From Candidatus Babeliales bacterium (GTDB lineage: Bacteria; Babelota; Babeliae; Babelales; JANWKD01): 64,000 bases of DNA. Shown one piece after another: positions 1-10,798 of the stretch; positions within the stretch are counted from its first letter, which is position 1, and each line of letters opens with the position of its first letter. The DNA lies in contig CAVRJM010000001.1 in assembly GCA_963722075.1 (NCBI GenBank), positions 1,056,001-1,120,000 on the forward strand, given 5' to 3'. Below the pieces are notes generated by a model that did no database searches, was not told where the DNA came from, and was given only the letters and a program-made list of their open reading frames with translations. The position numbers and the translations under genes are program-made.

Positions 1-65
1 TTATCATTAATTAATTGACTATTTGCAATAATTAATATTATTATAACTATATAAGATATTTCTTC

Positions 66-1202
66 TTGAAAAGGAATTCCATGGGTAATAGAAAACGGAT
101 GTACTTCTTTTTTATTTTTTTTATAAGTCCTTTTGCTATAAAAAATATCAATGGGGCTTTAACAATAGCTGATTTATTACCGCCTGTGATTCATGCAAAA
201 ATTTTTGAAACATTTATTCCCGATCAATTTGATGATCCAGAAGAAATTATTACCGCAATTCACAATGTAATAAATTTTCTCAAGACAAATAGTTATTTTT
301 TGCAATTTAAAAAACTTATTTATGATGATAAATTACCCCGAATAATTAAAGAAAGAGCATCTTCTGAACTTATTGTACAAGCATTACAAAAAGCACTAAA
401 TGACGAAGATTATCCTGTTTTAAAAATCTTATTTTCAATTGGAGCCACCTTAAAAAATCAAGAAAAACGTACCGTTTTAGGCAGTTTGATAGAAAAAAAT
501 AATGAGATGAATACACTAGGGTGGTTTAGCATAGATAAAATTAAAAAAGAAAATGATCACGCCATTGCTCTTTTTTTCAACGGCCTATCAAAAGCAATTG
601 AGGCAGGTTATGATCCGCTTCCGTTATTAATTAACCCTGCTGGCGTATCCATTACTATAAAAAAAAGAACTAGTGATCCTACTCCCTTTATTGCCTCAAT
701 ATTTTCTAATACACCACTTATCACTAAACAAATTATAAAATTAGCACAATCTCAAGATATTCTTAATGAGCTGGTAAAAGAAGCTAATGAATATGATGCA
801 TCTATTTTACATTTATTGTTAACACACTTTTTTGCTGACTTAAAAAAAGATTCTGTACTTGTTCCGATTTGGTTGAGCATAATTACCCTGTTATTTCAAG
901 TAACCAGTGAAGACCCTGCATTTTATGCTTACTTATTGGAAACTCCCAATGCTGAAGGCAACACTCCAATTATACGAGCTCTTAAAGAATCTCTTGCTAC
1001 CCACAGCCAACTGGCCTTAAAATTAGTGAATTTTTTATATAAAAAAGGGCAACAAACACAAAGTACTCATTTAATGATACCAAATAAGCATCATGAAACA
1101 GCACAACAACTTATTGACCAATATGGATTACAACAACAACCACAGCAAACTACCAAACCATGTAAAAAATATAATAAAAATGGACAATGCATTTTATATT
1201 AA
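66..1202 (+). CDS. Secreted/membrane-anchored protein with degenerate ankyrin-like repeats (true start probably 81 or 99)
   Basis: Hydrophobic N-terminus; ankyrin-like motifs TPFIASI, SILHLLL, EGNTPIIRAL, ETAQQL. Confidence 0.55.
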   Translation: MKRNSMGNRKRMYFFFIFFISPFAIKNINGALTIADLLPPVIHAKIFETFIPDQFDDPEEIITAIHNVINFLKTNSYFLQFKKLIYDDKLPRIIKERASSELIVQALQKALNDEDYPVLKILFSIGATLKNQEKRTVLGSLIEKNNEMNTLGWFSIDKIKKENDHAIALFFNGLSKAIEAGYDPLPLLINPAGVSITIKKRTSDPTPFIASIFSNTPLITKQIIKLAQSQDILNELVKEANEYDASILHLLLTHFFADLKKDSVLVPIWLSIITLLFQVTSEDPAFYAYLLETPNAEGNTPIIRALKESLATHSQLALKLVNFLYKKGQQTQSTHLMIPNKHHETAQQLIDQYGLQQQPQQTTKPCKKYNKNGQCILY

Positions 1203-1215
1203 AGGAGAAAAAATT

Positions 1216-1410
1216 ATGCCTATTAATGATTGCCATTATGATAAAATTAAAGTGCTTTATGAATTATGCAAAATATCACATTTTATAAAAAAACATGGGC
1301 TATCAGATGCACAAAAAAATAATGATAAAGAGTTCCAAAAACTGTTAATAGAACTAGAAAAAACAGTCGATAGCTTCTCAACACAATTAAATAATCTCAT
1401 CATTTCATAA
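1216..1410 (+). CDS. Small helical hypothetical protein (64 aa)
   Basis: AAGGAG RBS at 1202-1207 before ATG 1216 (MPINDCHYDKIK...). Confidence 0.65.
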   Translation: MPINDCHYDKIKVLYELCKISHFIKKHGLSDAQKNNDKEFQKLLIELEKTVDSFSTQLNNLIIS

Positions 1411-1498
1411 TCCATTTTTGCGCTTGCTAAAGTTGTGTCCTATGATATCTTGAGCTACATCATAGATAAATCATAATTTCACCTTGGAGAGAGTTGTT

Positions 1499-2677
1499 AT
1501 GACTAATCCAATTGTTCTTATTATAGGCACACGGCCCGAGGGAATTAAAATGCTTCCCTTGTATTTTGCATTTAAAAAATTGCAAATGCCCATCGTGCTC
1601 TGTTCAACTGATCAACATTCTGACTTGCTACAAGAAGTATATGATCTTTTTGGTGTTGTTCCTGATTATCAACTTGATATCATGAAGCCAAACCAAGATC
1701 TGTTTTATATCACCGAAATAACCTTACAAAAATTAAAAAATTTTTATAGTAAAGTTAATCCCAGCTTAGTAATAGTACAAGGTGATACTACTTCCAGTAT
1801 GACTGCTGCACTTGCAGCTTTTTACCTTAATATTCCAATAGGACATGTTGAAGCAGGTTTGCGTACTGACGATATTAAAAATCCATTTCCTGAAGAAATG
1901 AATCGTCGCTTTATTAGTATGGTTGCTGATTATCATTTTGCGCCAACGGCGCTTAATGTAGGTAATTTACTGGCCGAAGGCATTGAGCGCAAAAAAATAT
2001 TTTGCACCGGCAATACGGTGGTTGATGCATTACGTATTATAAAAGAGCAAATCATTAATAAAGAAATCACCATTAACGAAACAATAAGCAATGCTGTGCA
2101 ACAATGTAAATTAGAATCCAAAAAAATAGTGCTGCTAACGGTGCATCGACGGGAATCATTCAATGGCGGTATCGTTCGCATTTTGACTGCTATTAAAGAA
2201 TTTGCGTTACAAAATCAACATATATTTTTCTTTTACCCATTTCATCCTAATCCCAACGTACTAGAAGCAATTGATAGCGTTGGCATTGCAAAAGTTCCTT
2301 CAATTTTTTTAACACGGCCATTGCAATATAAAGATATCGTTTATCTATTATTAAATGCTGATTGGATCGCAACCGATTCTGGTGGCATTCAAGAAGAAGC
2401 AGTCAGCTTAGGCAAACAAGTATTGGTATTGCGCGATAAAACAGAACGTGTTGAAGGCCTGTGGACTGAAAATGCCATCTTAGTGGGTACTAATACTGAA
2501 GCTATTTTAAAAGCAATGAATCATTGCATGGTGCATGGGCAACCAGTTGCTAAAACATCATCAATTTATGGATCGGGATACGCAGCCGATACTATTGCCA
2601 AAATTATTCATAATAAACGATATTATGACACTATCCCCGCATCATTTAATAATTGCTGCTTAACCGCAGAACTGTAG
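1499..2677 (+). CDS. wecB: UDP-N-acetylglucosamine 2-epimerase (non-hydrolysing)
   Basis: GTRPEGIK, VQGDT, GHVEAGLRT, PFPEEMNR, TDSGGIQEEA motifs. Confidence 0.95.
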   Translation: MTNPIVLIIGTRPEGIKMLPLYFAFKKLQMPIVLCSTDQHSDLLQEVYDLFGVVPDYQLDIMKPNQDLFYITEITLQKLKNFYSKVNPSLVIVQGDTTSSMTAALAAFYLNIPIGHVEAGLRTDDIKNPFPEEMNRRFISMVADYHFAPTALNVGNLLAEGIERKKIFCTGNTVVDALRIIKEQIINKEITINETISNAVQQCKLESKKIVLLTVHRRESFNGGIVRILTAIKEFALQNQHIFFFYPFHPNPNVLEAIDSVGIAKVPSIFLTRPLQYKDIVYLLLNADWIATDSGGIQEEAVSLGKQVLVLRDKTERVEGLWTENAILVGTNTEAILKAMNHCMVHGQPVAKTSSIYGSGYAADTIAKIIHNKRYYDTIPASFNNCCLTAEL

Positions 2678-2762
2678 TTCGCCATCACCAAGGCTAAGGC
2701 GGGACACGGTGCTTGTCAGGGTAAAGTTGTTTACTGCACCATAGTTTTAAAGAAGGCTGAAT
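2677..2762. repeat. Type-B palindromic repeat pair
   Basis: gccatcaccaaggctaaggcgggac is nearly the reverse complement of 34308-34333; second half caccatagttttaaagaaggctga. Confidence 0.6.
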
Positions 2763-2797
2763 TAACCAAGTAAAATGATATCGATTATAAAAGAACC

Positions 2798-2825
2798 GTC
2801 GTTGCTTCGACAAGCTCGCAACGAC
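2798..2825. repeat. Collapsed type-A (RPE/REP-like) palindrome
   Basis: gtcgttgcttcgacaagctcgcaacgac; right part identical to 29046-29068. Confidence 0.75.
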
Positions 2826-2945
2826 ATACATTTGCAAACTTAACATCAATGACAAGTTTTTTGCATTCAGAAGTAAAAATTTAAAATATGAACATAAAAC
2901 TTAACTGACACAATTTTTAAAAAAGGATTTTAAAAGGAAACCATA

Positions 2946-4301
2946 ATGAAAAAAGTACTAGTAATGGGGCTGGGGTATATAGGATTGCCAACGGCAGTCA
3001 TTGCCGCAGAGCATGGATTTGATGTGGTTGGTTTTGATATTGATGCAAAGCGCGTTAACCGCATTAATAATAGTGACCCGGTCATTGATGAACCTGAGGT
3101 ATATGAACGATTAAAATTATTAATTGAAACAGGCCGTTTTCATGCAACCACGGCTTTAGAAACAGGGGACTGCTTTATTATTGCCGTACCAACGCCTTTT
3201 AAAGAACATAAGAAAGCAGATTTATCCTATGTATATAAAGCAATAGAACAAATTGCTGGCGTAATTAAACAACATAATTTAGTTATTATCGAATCAACCA
3301 TCCCGGTGGGTACTACTGATTTCTGCGCAACATTATTAGAGCAAAAAACCGGTCTTAAAGCGGGTATAGATTTTTTTATCGCTCACTGCCCTGAACGGGT
3401 TATTCCCGGTAAAATTTTTTATGAATTAGTGTATAACGATCGCATTATTGGCGGCATTAATGAAGCATCCATGCATAAGGCCAAAGAGTTTTATAAACAA
3501 TTTGTCAAAGGTGATCTGTATTTAACAAATGCCACCGCCGCAGAAATGGTTAAGCTGGTTGAAAATAGCTCACGTGATGTTTCCATTGCATTTTCTAATC
3601 AAGTTGCTGCAATGGCATATTCGGTTGGCTTAGACCCCTTTGAAATTATTGAACTCGCAAATAAACATCCCCGCGTACAGTTACTTAACCCTTCATGTGG
3701 TGTTGGTGGCCACTGCATTGCCGTAGACCCGTGGTTTTTAATTGAAACATTTCCTGCTCATAGTGCACTACTAGCAACAGCACGCACCATTAATGATGAA
3801 AAGCCTTACCAAGTAACACATTGTGTACGTTCATGGGTTCTTGAATGGCATAAAAAATATCAAAAAAAACCAACCGTACTAGCCCTGGGCTTAACATACA
3901 AAGCAGATGTTAATGATTTACGCGAATCACCCGCACTTGAAATTGTAAATAATTTGTTATTAGATCGTAATTTGGAACTGCTGGTTTGCGAGCCTCATGT
4001 AGAATCAGCACTCGTTAATCATCTTACGCAACATCATGCCATTGGACTGGAACAAGGCATAGCGGCAGCTGATATTATTGTCTGTTTAGTGAATCATACC
4101 GCTTTTAATATCATCGATCCAACCACCTTGGCAGGCAAAAAAATTCTTGATTTCTGTGGACTTTTTTATAAGTCCCACCAACAGGGTACACACCAAGAAC
4201 ATTATTTTTGGCCCGCAAGTAATACACTACAGATAACGCCATTTGAGCCACAAGTAGAACTTAAACATGTAAATACCTTATATAAGGAACAGGTATCATG
4301 A
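2946..4301 (+). CDS. wecC: UDP-N-acetyl-D-mannosamine dehydrogenase (nucleotide-sugar dehydrogenase)
   Basis: GLGYIGLP, IAVPTP, CPERV, GVGGHCIAVDP, YKADVNDLRESP; follows wecB. Confidence 0.9.
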   Translation: MKKVLVMGLGYIGLPTAVIAAEHGFDVVGFDIDAKRVNRINNSDPVIDEPEVYERLKLLIETGRFHATTALETGDCFIIAVPTPFKEHKKADLSYVYKAIEQIAGVIKQHNLVIIESTIPVGTTDFCATLLEQKTGLKAGIDFFIAHCPERVIPGKIFYELVYNDRIIGGINEASMHKAKEFYKQFVKGDLYLTNATAAEMVKLVENSSRDVSIAFSNQVAAMAYSVGLDPFEIIELANKHPRVQLLNPSCGVGGHCIAVDPWFLIETFPAHSALLATARTINDEKPYQVTHCVRSWVLEWHKKYQKKPTVLALGLTYKADVNDLRESPALEIVNNLLLDRNLELLVCEPHVESALVNHLTQHHAIGLEQGIAAADIIVCLVNHTAFNIIDPTTLAGKKILDFCGLFYKSHQQGTHQEHYFWPASNTLQITPFEPQVELKHVNTLYKEQVS

Positions 4302-6442
4302 GACAATTATTTATTGAAAAACAAGCAATTGCGGTTAAAGAAGTTGCACAACCATTACTTGATGATAATTTAATTTTAGTTTCAGTATATTATTCTTTTA
4401 TCAGCTCAGGCACTGAATCCGCAACGCTTTCTAGTGCTTCTAAAAGTGTTTTATTTTCTAATATTGTAGGCAAAGCTACAAAAGTAATGCAATCAATTAC
4501 CGCTCATGGCATTGCTGCTACCAAGGAATTAGTTAAAGGTAAATTAAGCAACACCATGCACGCACTGGGTTATTCATGCTCCGGCCGTGTGCTTGCCGTA
4601 GGAAAAAACGTAAAACAAATCCGTATTGGTGATTTTGTTGCCTGCGCTGGTGCTGGGTTTGCCAACCATGCCGATATTATTTGCGTTCCTGAAAATCTTG
4701 TCGTTTGCGTTCCTGAAGAACATATCAAAGAGGCAAGTATTACCACCATTGGCGCTATTGCATTGCAAGGAATCAGACGTGCTCAATTGCAACTAGGAGA
4801 GCGTGTATGCGTACTCGGGTTAGGATTATTGGGTCAACTCACCGTACAGCTTGCTAAATTGGCAGGGTGCACCGTTATTGGTATTGATATACTTCCTGAA
4901 CGATTAGCATTAGCACAGCAACTAGGTGCTGATATCACGTTTAATGCTACCTCACCGACATTATTAAATGATAGTGCATTTTATACCAATCATTATGGTG
5001 TGGATTGCACCCTTATTACCGCTGCTTCAACCAGTAATGCTATTATGCAACAAGCAATGGAATTAACCCGCAAAAAAGGCAAAGTGGTACTCGTTGGCGA
5101 TGTGGGACTTGGTTTAGAACGATCGCCATTTTATCAAAAAGAGATTGATTTTCTTATTTCCTGCTCATACGGCCCCGGGCGATATGATCCTTCGTATGAA
5201 AAGGAAGGCTGCGATTATCCCTTTGCCTATGTGCGTTGGACTGAAAATCGCAACATGCAAACGATTATATTGTTGCTACGCAACAAGCAGTTACAGGTTG
5301 GGCCACTCATAGATAGCGTCATTCCGGTTACAGAAGCAGCTGAAGCGTTTAATCAACTTCAAGACAAAAAAAAGCTGGGGATAGTACTTTCCTACTTGCC
5401 AAAAGAGGATGCTATTTCTGCAAAACCAGCAGCAACTACTGCACAATTTGTGCCCGCACGTGCTGATAAATTACGCGTTGGGGTAATTGGCGCTGGCGGC
5501 TTTGCAAAAGTTAAATTAATGCCGCTGATTGCTCATATTAAAAATACCCAATTTACGGCCATTGTAGATGCTGATATTGCCAATGCAACCAATACGGCGC
5601 GCTTATATGGAACCGCCCAAGCACTTACTAATGATCAAGAATTATTTGAACAAGATCTTGCCGATGTAATAATCATTGCTTCTCCGCATAAATACCATTG
5701 TCAGCAAATTATCAATGCATTACAAAGTAACAAGGCAGTGTTTGTTGAAAAACCAATGGTAACTACCTTTGAACAACTTGAAACGTTAATGCCCTTGCTA
5801 GCAACCAACAAAATGCCTTTTTGTGTTGATTATAATCGCTCATTTGCACCGTTTATACAAAAAATTAAAGAGCAGCTGGTTAACCGCTCTTCACCGCTCG
5901 TGGTTCATTATCGCATGAATGCAGGATATATACCAAAAGAGCATTGGATTCAAACTGACGTGGGCGCTGGGCGCGTTATTGGCGAAGCATGCCATATCAT
6001 TGATCTCTTTTGCTATTTAACAGAGGCACAACCAATATCGGTATCAGTAGAAGCACTTAAACCTACCGGTGATGATTTATTTGGTACTGATAACTTCTCA
6101 GCGCAAATTAGCTTTTCTGATGGTTCTTTATGCACGTTATTATATACGGCACTTGGCCACGCTGGCATTGGTAAGGAGCGCATGGAATTATACTATGATG
6201 CAAAAACAATTGTTATGGATGATTACAAACTATTAGAAGGGCATGGATTACCATCATCATTTAATCAAAAAGTAATGGTTCAAGATAAAGGGCATGAGCA
6301 GTTATTAAAACTGTTTTTTGAGAATCTTACTACCAATAATTATGTTATCGATCGCGACCGCCTTTATACCGTGGCCCATTTGAGCTTAGTCATTGATCAA
6401 TTGGCAAAACAAGGTGGCGGAGAATTTTCGGCCCTTCGCTAA
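4298..6442 (+). CDS. Bi-domain oxidoreductase (MDR/Zn-type alcohol dehydrogenase + Gfo/Idh/MocA), polysaccharide-locus type
   Basis: GLGLLG, SYGPGRYD, RWTENRN; second domain GVIGAGGFA, FVEKP, GEACH. Confidence 0.9.
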   Translation: MRQLFIEKQAIAVKEVAQPLLDDNLILVSVYYSFISSGTESATLSSASKSVLFSNIVGKATKVMQSITAHGIAATKELVKGKLSNTMHALGYSCSGRVLAVGKNVKQIRIGDFVACAGAGFANHADIICVPENLVVCVPEEHIKEASITTIGAIALQGIRRAQLQLGERVCVLGLGLLGQLTVQLAKLAGCTVIGIDILPERLALAQQLGADITFNATSPTLLNDSAFYTNHYGVDCTLITAASTSNAIMQQAMELTRKKGKVVLVGDVGLGLERSPFYQKEIDFLISCSYGPGRYDPSYEKEGCDYPFAYVRWTENRNMQTIILLLRNKQLQVGPLIDSVIPVTEAAEAFNQLQDKKKLGIVLSYLPKEDAISAKPAATTAQFVPARADKLRVGVIGAGGFAKVKLMPLIAHIKNTQFTAIVDADIANATNTARLYGTAQALTNDQELFEQDLADVIIIASPHKYHCQQIINALQSNKAVFVEKPMVTTFEQLETLMPLLATNKMPFCVDYNRSFAPFIQKIKEQLVNRSSPLVVHYRMNAGYIPKEHWIQTDVGAGRVIGEACHIIDLFCYLTEAQPISVSVEALKPTGDDLFGTDNFSAQISFSDGSLCTLLYTALGHAGIGKERMELYYDAKTIVMDDYKLLEGHGLPSSFNQKVMVQDKGHEQLLKLFFENLTTNNYVIDRDRLYTVAHLSLVIDQLAKQGGGEFSALR

Positions 6443-6453
6443 AGCTAAGGCCG
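6425..6453. repeat. Type-B palindrome overlapping the oxidoreductase stop codon
   Basis: tcggcccttcgctaaagctaaggccga. Confidence 0.65.
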
Positions 6454-6599
6454 AGTAAACAGCTAGGGCAGGACAAATCTCGCTTTAATTAATTCTATCA
6501 GGACTTTTTATATTTTATTATTTTTTTTGACAACAATAGTAAGATTTATTACGTTATAAGGATACATTTCGTTCAGAAAAGATAACGAGGTCTTTACCT

Positions 6600-6875
6600 A
6601 TGGATTTCAGCTTTAAGCTTATTATTATCTATATGATATGTGCGGTATCGTTAAATTTAGTGCTATCGGTGAAAAAAATAAGGGACTTTTTATTTAAGGG
6701 ACGATGGATTTATACTACTTTTTTTTGTGCACTTATTAATGGAGCAATCTGTGGCATATTATATCATTCAAATATATTATCACAGCAAGAAGTTATGTAT
6801 ATCAGCATGCTTATTATAGTTACAACGGGGATATGGATCAATAAAGTAAAAAAAGAGAGTATGGCAGCTCTTTGA
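6600..6875 (+). CDS. Small 3-TM protein, MDFxFK family (putative immunity protein, orphan copy)
   Basis: Paralogous to ORFs starting at 9937 and 11807 (MDF.FK...W.Y..F.A...GA...Y...L...E.M......G.W). Confidence 0.7.
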   Translation: MDFSFKLIIIYMICAVSLNLVLSVKKIRDFLFKGRWIYTTFFCALINGAICGILYHSNILSQQEVMYISMLIIVTTGIWINKVKKESMAAL

Positions 6876-6896
6876 AGTTCTTGGAGAGTCTTAAAA

Positions 6897-7012
6897 TGGA
6901 TTCTTACGCTACGCTCAGAATGACAGTTTCCCATTATACAATCGTGATTAATGAGAAAAAAATATACTCAGATATATTCGTCATCCAGAGGCCTTTAGGC
7001 CGTAAGGATCCA
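6897..7012. repeat. Two type-A repeat half-arms
   Basis: tggattcttacgctacgctcagaatgac (6897-6924) and gtcatccagagg...cgtaaggatcca (6980-7012). Confidence 0.7.
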
Positions 7013-7058
7013 GTTATAAAAATATAAGTCAAAACCATTAAACCTTATAAGGACTTAC

Positions 7059-7436
7059 ATGGCCATTAAATCAATTGATCTTTCATGGATCGTGGTATCA
7101 GACCTAAAAAAAGCAAAAGAACTGTTTGTTGATACGCTGGGGTTTAAAGCGGAAGTCTATGAAGAACAATATGGGTGGATGGAACTAGTTGCACCAGAAG
7201 GCGGTATGCGCTTGGGAGTAGCAATGGCTTCCGATCCTTCTTCTTGTACTTCAGGAAAGCCAGGCAGCAACGCAGTAGTTACTATGACCGTGGACAATTT
7301 AGAAGAATCAATTAAGGAGTTTAAAACAAAAGGAGTCACCTTCCAAGGCGATATTATTGAAATTCCTGGTCATGTTAAGCTAATCTTTTTTACTGATGCT
7401 GATGGTAACCGCTTTCAACTGGTGCAAAATTTATAA
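7059..7436 (+). CDS. VOC/glyoxalase family protein
   Basis: VVSDLKKAKELF, TVDNLE...GV.F, FTDADGNRFQL. Confidence 0.85.
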   Translation: MAIKSIDLSWIVVSDLKKAKELFVDTLGFKAEVYEEQYGWMELVAPEGGMRLGVAMASDPSSCTSGKPGSNAVVTMTVDNLEESIKEFKTKGVTFQGDIIEIPGHVKLIFFTDADGNRFQLVQNL

Positions 7437-7481
7437 GTAGTAGTATCACCAAACCATGTTTTAAAAAAAGGAAAAGATGTA

Positions 7482-8141
7482 ATGAAGAAACTGGTAATGG
7501 AATTTTTGGGAACATTCTTTTTTGTATTAACAATTAGTTTTACCGGCATTCCCACCGCTATTGCTACTATGCTCATGGCATGGGTATATATCGGCTATTA
7601 TGTTTCGGGCTCTCACTATAATCCTATGATTTCACTTGCACTGGCACTACGTGGTGCTTTTGCATGGCGTGAATTGGGTGGTTATATTATTGCACAAATT
7701 TTGGGCAGCACGGCTGCCTTTTTTTTAAGCAGTCATCTCAATAATGCTTTAGCACTCGGCGTTGAATTACCGCACCCTAATCCACAACTGAGCTTGTTAC
7801 AAATTTTTGTTATAGAAGTACTCTTAGCATTTGTTTTAGCATTCATTGTGCTTGTAGTCACTTCACTTGCACAATTTAATGGTAGCCAAGTTTATGGTCT
7901 TGCTATTGGCTTTACCATTCCAGCACTTGCATACTTAGGTAAAAAGACATCCGGAGGTATTTATAATCCAGCGGTAGCAATTGGCGCAAGTATTGTAGCG
8001 TTATTTAAAGGATTGCCATTTTCATTACCGTATTTATTAGTGTATGTAGCTGGCGCCTTTCTTGGTGGTATTTTAGCAGCATTTGCATATATGTATTTTT
8101 ATGGCCGCGAAGATGAAGAAATAGTCATTTTGAAATTTTAA
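7482..8141 (+). CDS. MIP family channel (aquaporin-like)
   Basis: EFLGTFF, SGSHYNPM and GGIYNPA signature boxes, multiple TMs. Confidence 0.9.
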   Translation: MKKLVMEFLGTFFFVLTISFTGIPTAIATMLMAWVYIGYYVSGSHYNPMISLALALRGAFAWRELGGYIIAQILGSTAAFFLSSHLNNALALGVELPHPNPQLSLLQIFVIEVLLAFVLAFIVLVVTSLAQFNGSQVYGLAIGFTIPALAYLGKKTSGGIYNPAVAIGASIVALFKGLPFSLPYLLVYVAGAFLGGILAAFAYMYFYGREDEEIVILKF

Positions 8142-8153
8142 TATTATTTATAC

Positions 8154-8179
8154 ACAGCTCCTCAATTTAGAGGAGCTGT
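8154..8179. terminator. Bidirectional hairpin between convergent genes
   Basis: acagctcctc-aattta-gaggagctgt, perfect 10-bp stem. Confidence 0.75.
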
Positions 8180-8189
8180 TATTTCATTG

Positions 8190-9518
8190 TTAACGAGCTA
8201 AATTCGATTTTAAAGCACCCAAATCATTTTTAAGTTGTTTCAGTAATGAAGCCAGTTCCATTTCTTCTTCGACAGGTACTTTTCCTACTCTTTTTTCAAA
8301 TGCATTAATCAGCTTTTGATAATGGTTCAACGCATGTTGATATTCTTCTTGTGTAATTTCATCTTTTAAAGCTTGTTGATTCTCCTCAGGCGTTGCTTCA
8401 AGTTCATTTTTAGTATATAAAGTATCTCTCCATAACAAAAATTTATTTTCTGCAATAGCGATAAGTCTCTTAAGATTATGTAGATTATTTATTGAAAGAT
8501 CTGGCATAAATTGATCTAATGCTTCTTTTAGAGCCTTTAAAATTGATGATTTTAGAATATATTTTCTCATATCTTCATACGTCTCAAATTCTTTTGTTTT
8601 AGGAGTCTCATCAAAATTATATTTTTTTGTTTCATCAATAAGCGCATAAAGTATTTCTAATTTTTTTGATAAATTTTTTTCAGAGATAAATTTTGTTGTT
8701 AAACCTTTTACGTTAATTCTCTGTTTTTGTCTATCATAACTACCTTTCATTTTATTAAATATATGCTCTCTATCAGCAACCACTATTTGCTTAGCCTTCT
8801 CTAATTTTTTAAGATATGGTTTATTTTTATTTCCTGCTGCTACTAATCGGGCATATTTCTCTTTTATTTCTTTTTCTGAGGTATCCTCAGCTACCCCTAA
8901 AACATCAAAGGGTGATTCTTCAGGATATTCTTCAAGCCATTTTGTAATATTATTTTTTAAATTTTCAATTAACTGCCCATCATAAAATAATCGCGCATTA
9001 CTCATAATATTCCATGCTGATTCGGCTTTCTTTTTTTGTTCTACTGAAACATTACTTGCTATAATTTTTTCATATTGTTTTTTGATTTCGGTTAAATTTG
9101 CAGTGCGAGATACACTAAAAAAATCATAAATTGTCTCATTTGGATAACGCTGAAACCATTCATCAATTTTTTCAAAAAAAACACGTAATTCTTCCATTGG
9201 AATTATATTCTTTAAGCTAATATTTCTAGCGTCATATGCTTCTCTTGTTCTTGGATCTTTAAGTGTTCTATGTGCCTGACTAATTTCTTTAAATTTTTCC
9301 TCTGCTACTGCTCTTTCTTCTGGGGATGCTCCCGACCATCTATCGGGGTGCCATTTAAGTGCTAATTTTTTATATGCTTTAGTAATTTCATCAGTTGAGG
9401 CATCTTCGTTCACTCCCAAAATATCATAGTAAGTAGGCTCTTCTTGCTCCATTGCCCAATTCGGGGTGTTTGCAAAAAAAAGAATTAGTGATAACCAAAA
9501 ATAAGGCTTATTAAGCAT
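8190..9518 (-). CDS. Secreted protein with three J-domain-like units (first has HPD)
   Basis: Signal peptide; YYDILGV...[14 protein letters not shown]...EIKKQY; PFDVLGV...EIKEKY. Confidence 0.85.
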   Translation of the reverse strand: MLNKPYFWLSLILFFANTPNWAMEQEEPTYYDILGVNEDASTDEITKAYKKLALKWHPDRWSGASPEERAVAEEKFKEISQAHRTLKDPRTREAYDARNISLKNIIPMEELRVFFEKIDEWFQRYPNETIYDFFSVSRTANLTEIKKQYEKIIASNVSVEQKKKAESAWNIMSNARLFYDGQLIENLKNNITKWLEEYPEESPFDVLGVAEDTSEKEIKEKYARLVAAGNKNKPYLKKLEKAKQIVVADREHIFNKMKGSYDRQKQRINVKGLTTKFISEKNLSKKLEILYALIDETKKYNFDETPKTKEFETYEDMRKYILKSSILKALKEALDQFMPDLSINNLHNLKRLIAIAENKFLLWRDTLYTKNELEATPEENQQALKDEITQEEYQHALNHYQKLINAFEKRVGKVPVEEEMELASLLKQLKNDLGALKSNLAR

Positions 9519-9547
9519 TACAATCTCCTTTTTAATAATTTTTTTAA

Positions 9548-9937
9548 TTATAAGAAAAAAAATAGATTCATTTCAATAATACTTAATAAAAAAAAGGATT
9601 TTTTTATGGCCAAGAAGATGAACAGATTTTTATTTTGAAATTTTAAATGATGATTTCGAGCTGAGGCAGCTCTTATGTTATTGAAGCGCTGCGCTTTTTT
9701 ATCTTTTTCTAATTTATTAATCCAAAACCCAATTCCCATTGAAACTGGTATAATGGTCATCATAGCTTCATGCGGTGTTAATAAATTCGAATAATATGCA
9801 AATCCACTGACAGCTCCACTAAATAATGCAGAAAAAAGAATGTAAACCCATCGTTTTCTTGGTAAAAGGCATAGAAATGTATTTACCAATGCACCACAAA
9901 TTACCATTAAAAAGCATACCTTAAAATTGAAATCCAT
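9548..9937 (-). CDS. Small 3-TM protein, MDFxFK family (putative immunity); C-terminal tail probably extended by a frameshift near 9680-9710
   Basis: Close paralogue of 11544-11807; the homologous TAA sits out of frame at 9673-9675. Confidence 0.65.
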   Translation of the reverse strand: MDFNFKVCFLMVICGALVNTFLCLLPRKRWVYILFSALFSGAVSGFAYYSNLLTPHEAMMTIIPVSMGIGFWINKLEKDKKAQRFNNIRAASARNHHLKFQNKNLFIFLAIKKSFFLLSIIEMNLFFFL

Positions 9938-9939
9938 AG

Positions 9940-10146
9940 TTAAAACTCCACTAAATCTTTACCGTTATTTTTATACCGTATAAATGCTCGAATAATTATG
10001 GCTGGAATAAGTAGGCCAGAAATATAAAGCAACTCCATCTTTATAAACCCATTCGCCCACCAACTTAAAAAAATAAAGAGGAAAAATACAGGTGAAAGCA
10101 ATAAATATTCTTTAATTAATGAATTTAAACAATCTACATATTTCAT
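9940..10146 (-). CDS. Small 2-TM protein, M(K/N)Y family (putative immunity)
   Basis: Hydrophobic; WWANG...LIP...GKD matches 11226-11426. Confidence 0.6.
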   Translation of the reverse strand: MKYVDCLNSLIKEYLLLSPVFFLFIFLSWWANGFIKMELLYISGLLIPAIIIRAFIRYKNNGKDLVEF

Positions 10147-10154
10147 ATTTTATT

Positions 10155-10349
10155 ATTTATCTGGGGTATTTGCATTTCAAAAAAGCGCCAAAAAATATGT
10201 ATGTCAATATATAAGAAAGTATGGCCCATTTTGAAAGTGGAAAATGATCCTGGTAACCCAAAAAAATAAGTATATTATGCTACGATTATCAATGATCCTA
10301 TGGCTGTTATCATATATAATTGCTGTTTTACATAGTATGAGTAATTCAT
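10155..10349 (-). pseudogene. Degenerate small membrane ORF, M(K/N)Y family
   Basis: MNYSYYVKQQLYMITAIGSLIIVA* then a shifted hydrophobic frame FLGYQDHFPLSKWAILSYILTYIF; ATG overlaps the upstream TGA. Confidence 0.45.
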
Positions 10350-10789
10350 TTTTGCCTATTATTATATCGTTGTACAGCTTGGTTTAACAAGAGAAATGTT
10401 GTAGCAAAGTGAAAATATAAAATAATATAATAAATAGTTGGCATTCTATAAAAATCTATATACCAAAAGTAAAGCATAACGCCATGTGCTACAAACAAAA
10501 ACCATATTTTTTGGATCCTTTTTGAGGTATCGCCAAATGGAGAACTATTAAAAAATGCTACATCAAAATAATGGATATATTTTTCAGGAAATATAAATAT
10601 TGCAATATATACAATAATCGCAAAAATACTTAATAATGTACAAATGATAGGATATAAATTATTTCCTAGCCGAACAAAAGCAGGAAAATTAAAATTTAAC
10701 CAAGTTTGTATTATACAAAGGTACAAAAGCGGAATAATTTCCTGTTTAATTTGTGGTAAACGGTTTTTAAAATATCGATCATACTTTAT
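10346..10789 (-). CDS. 4-TM membrane protein (putative immunity); frame stays open upstream to ATA-AAG-TAT (xKYDRYFKNRL, M(K/N)Y-like start)
   Basis: ORF track 10346-10726 plus in-frame upstream extension. Confidence 0.55.
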   Translation of the reverse strand: MKYDRYFKNRLPQIKQEIIPLLYLCIIQTWLNFNFPAFVRLGNNLYPIICTLLSIFAIIVYIAIFIFPEKYIHYFDVAFFNSSPFGDTSKRIQKIWFLFVAHGVMLYFWYIDFYRMPTIYYIILYFHFATTFLLLNQAVQRYNNRQK

Positions 10790-10798
10790 TCTTTCGTT

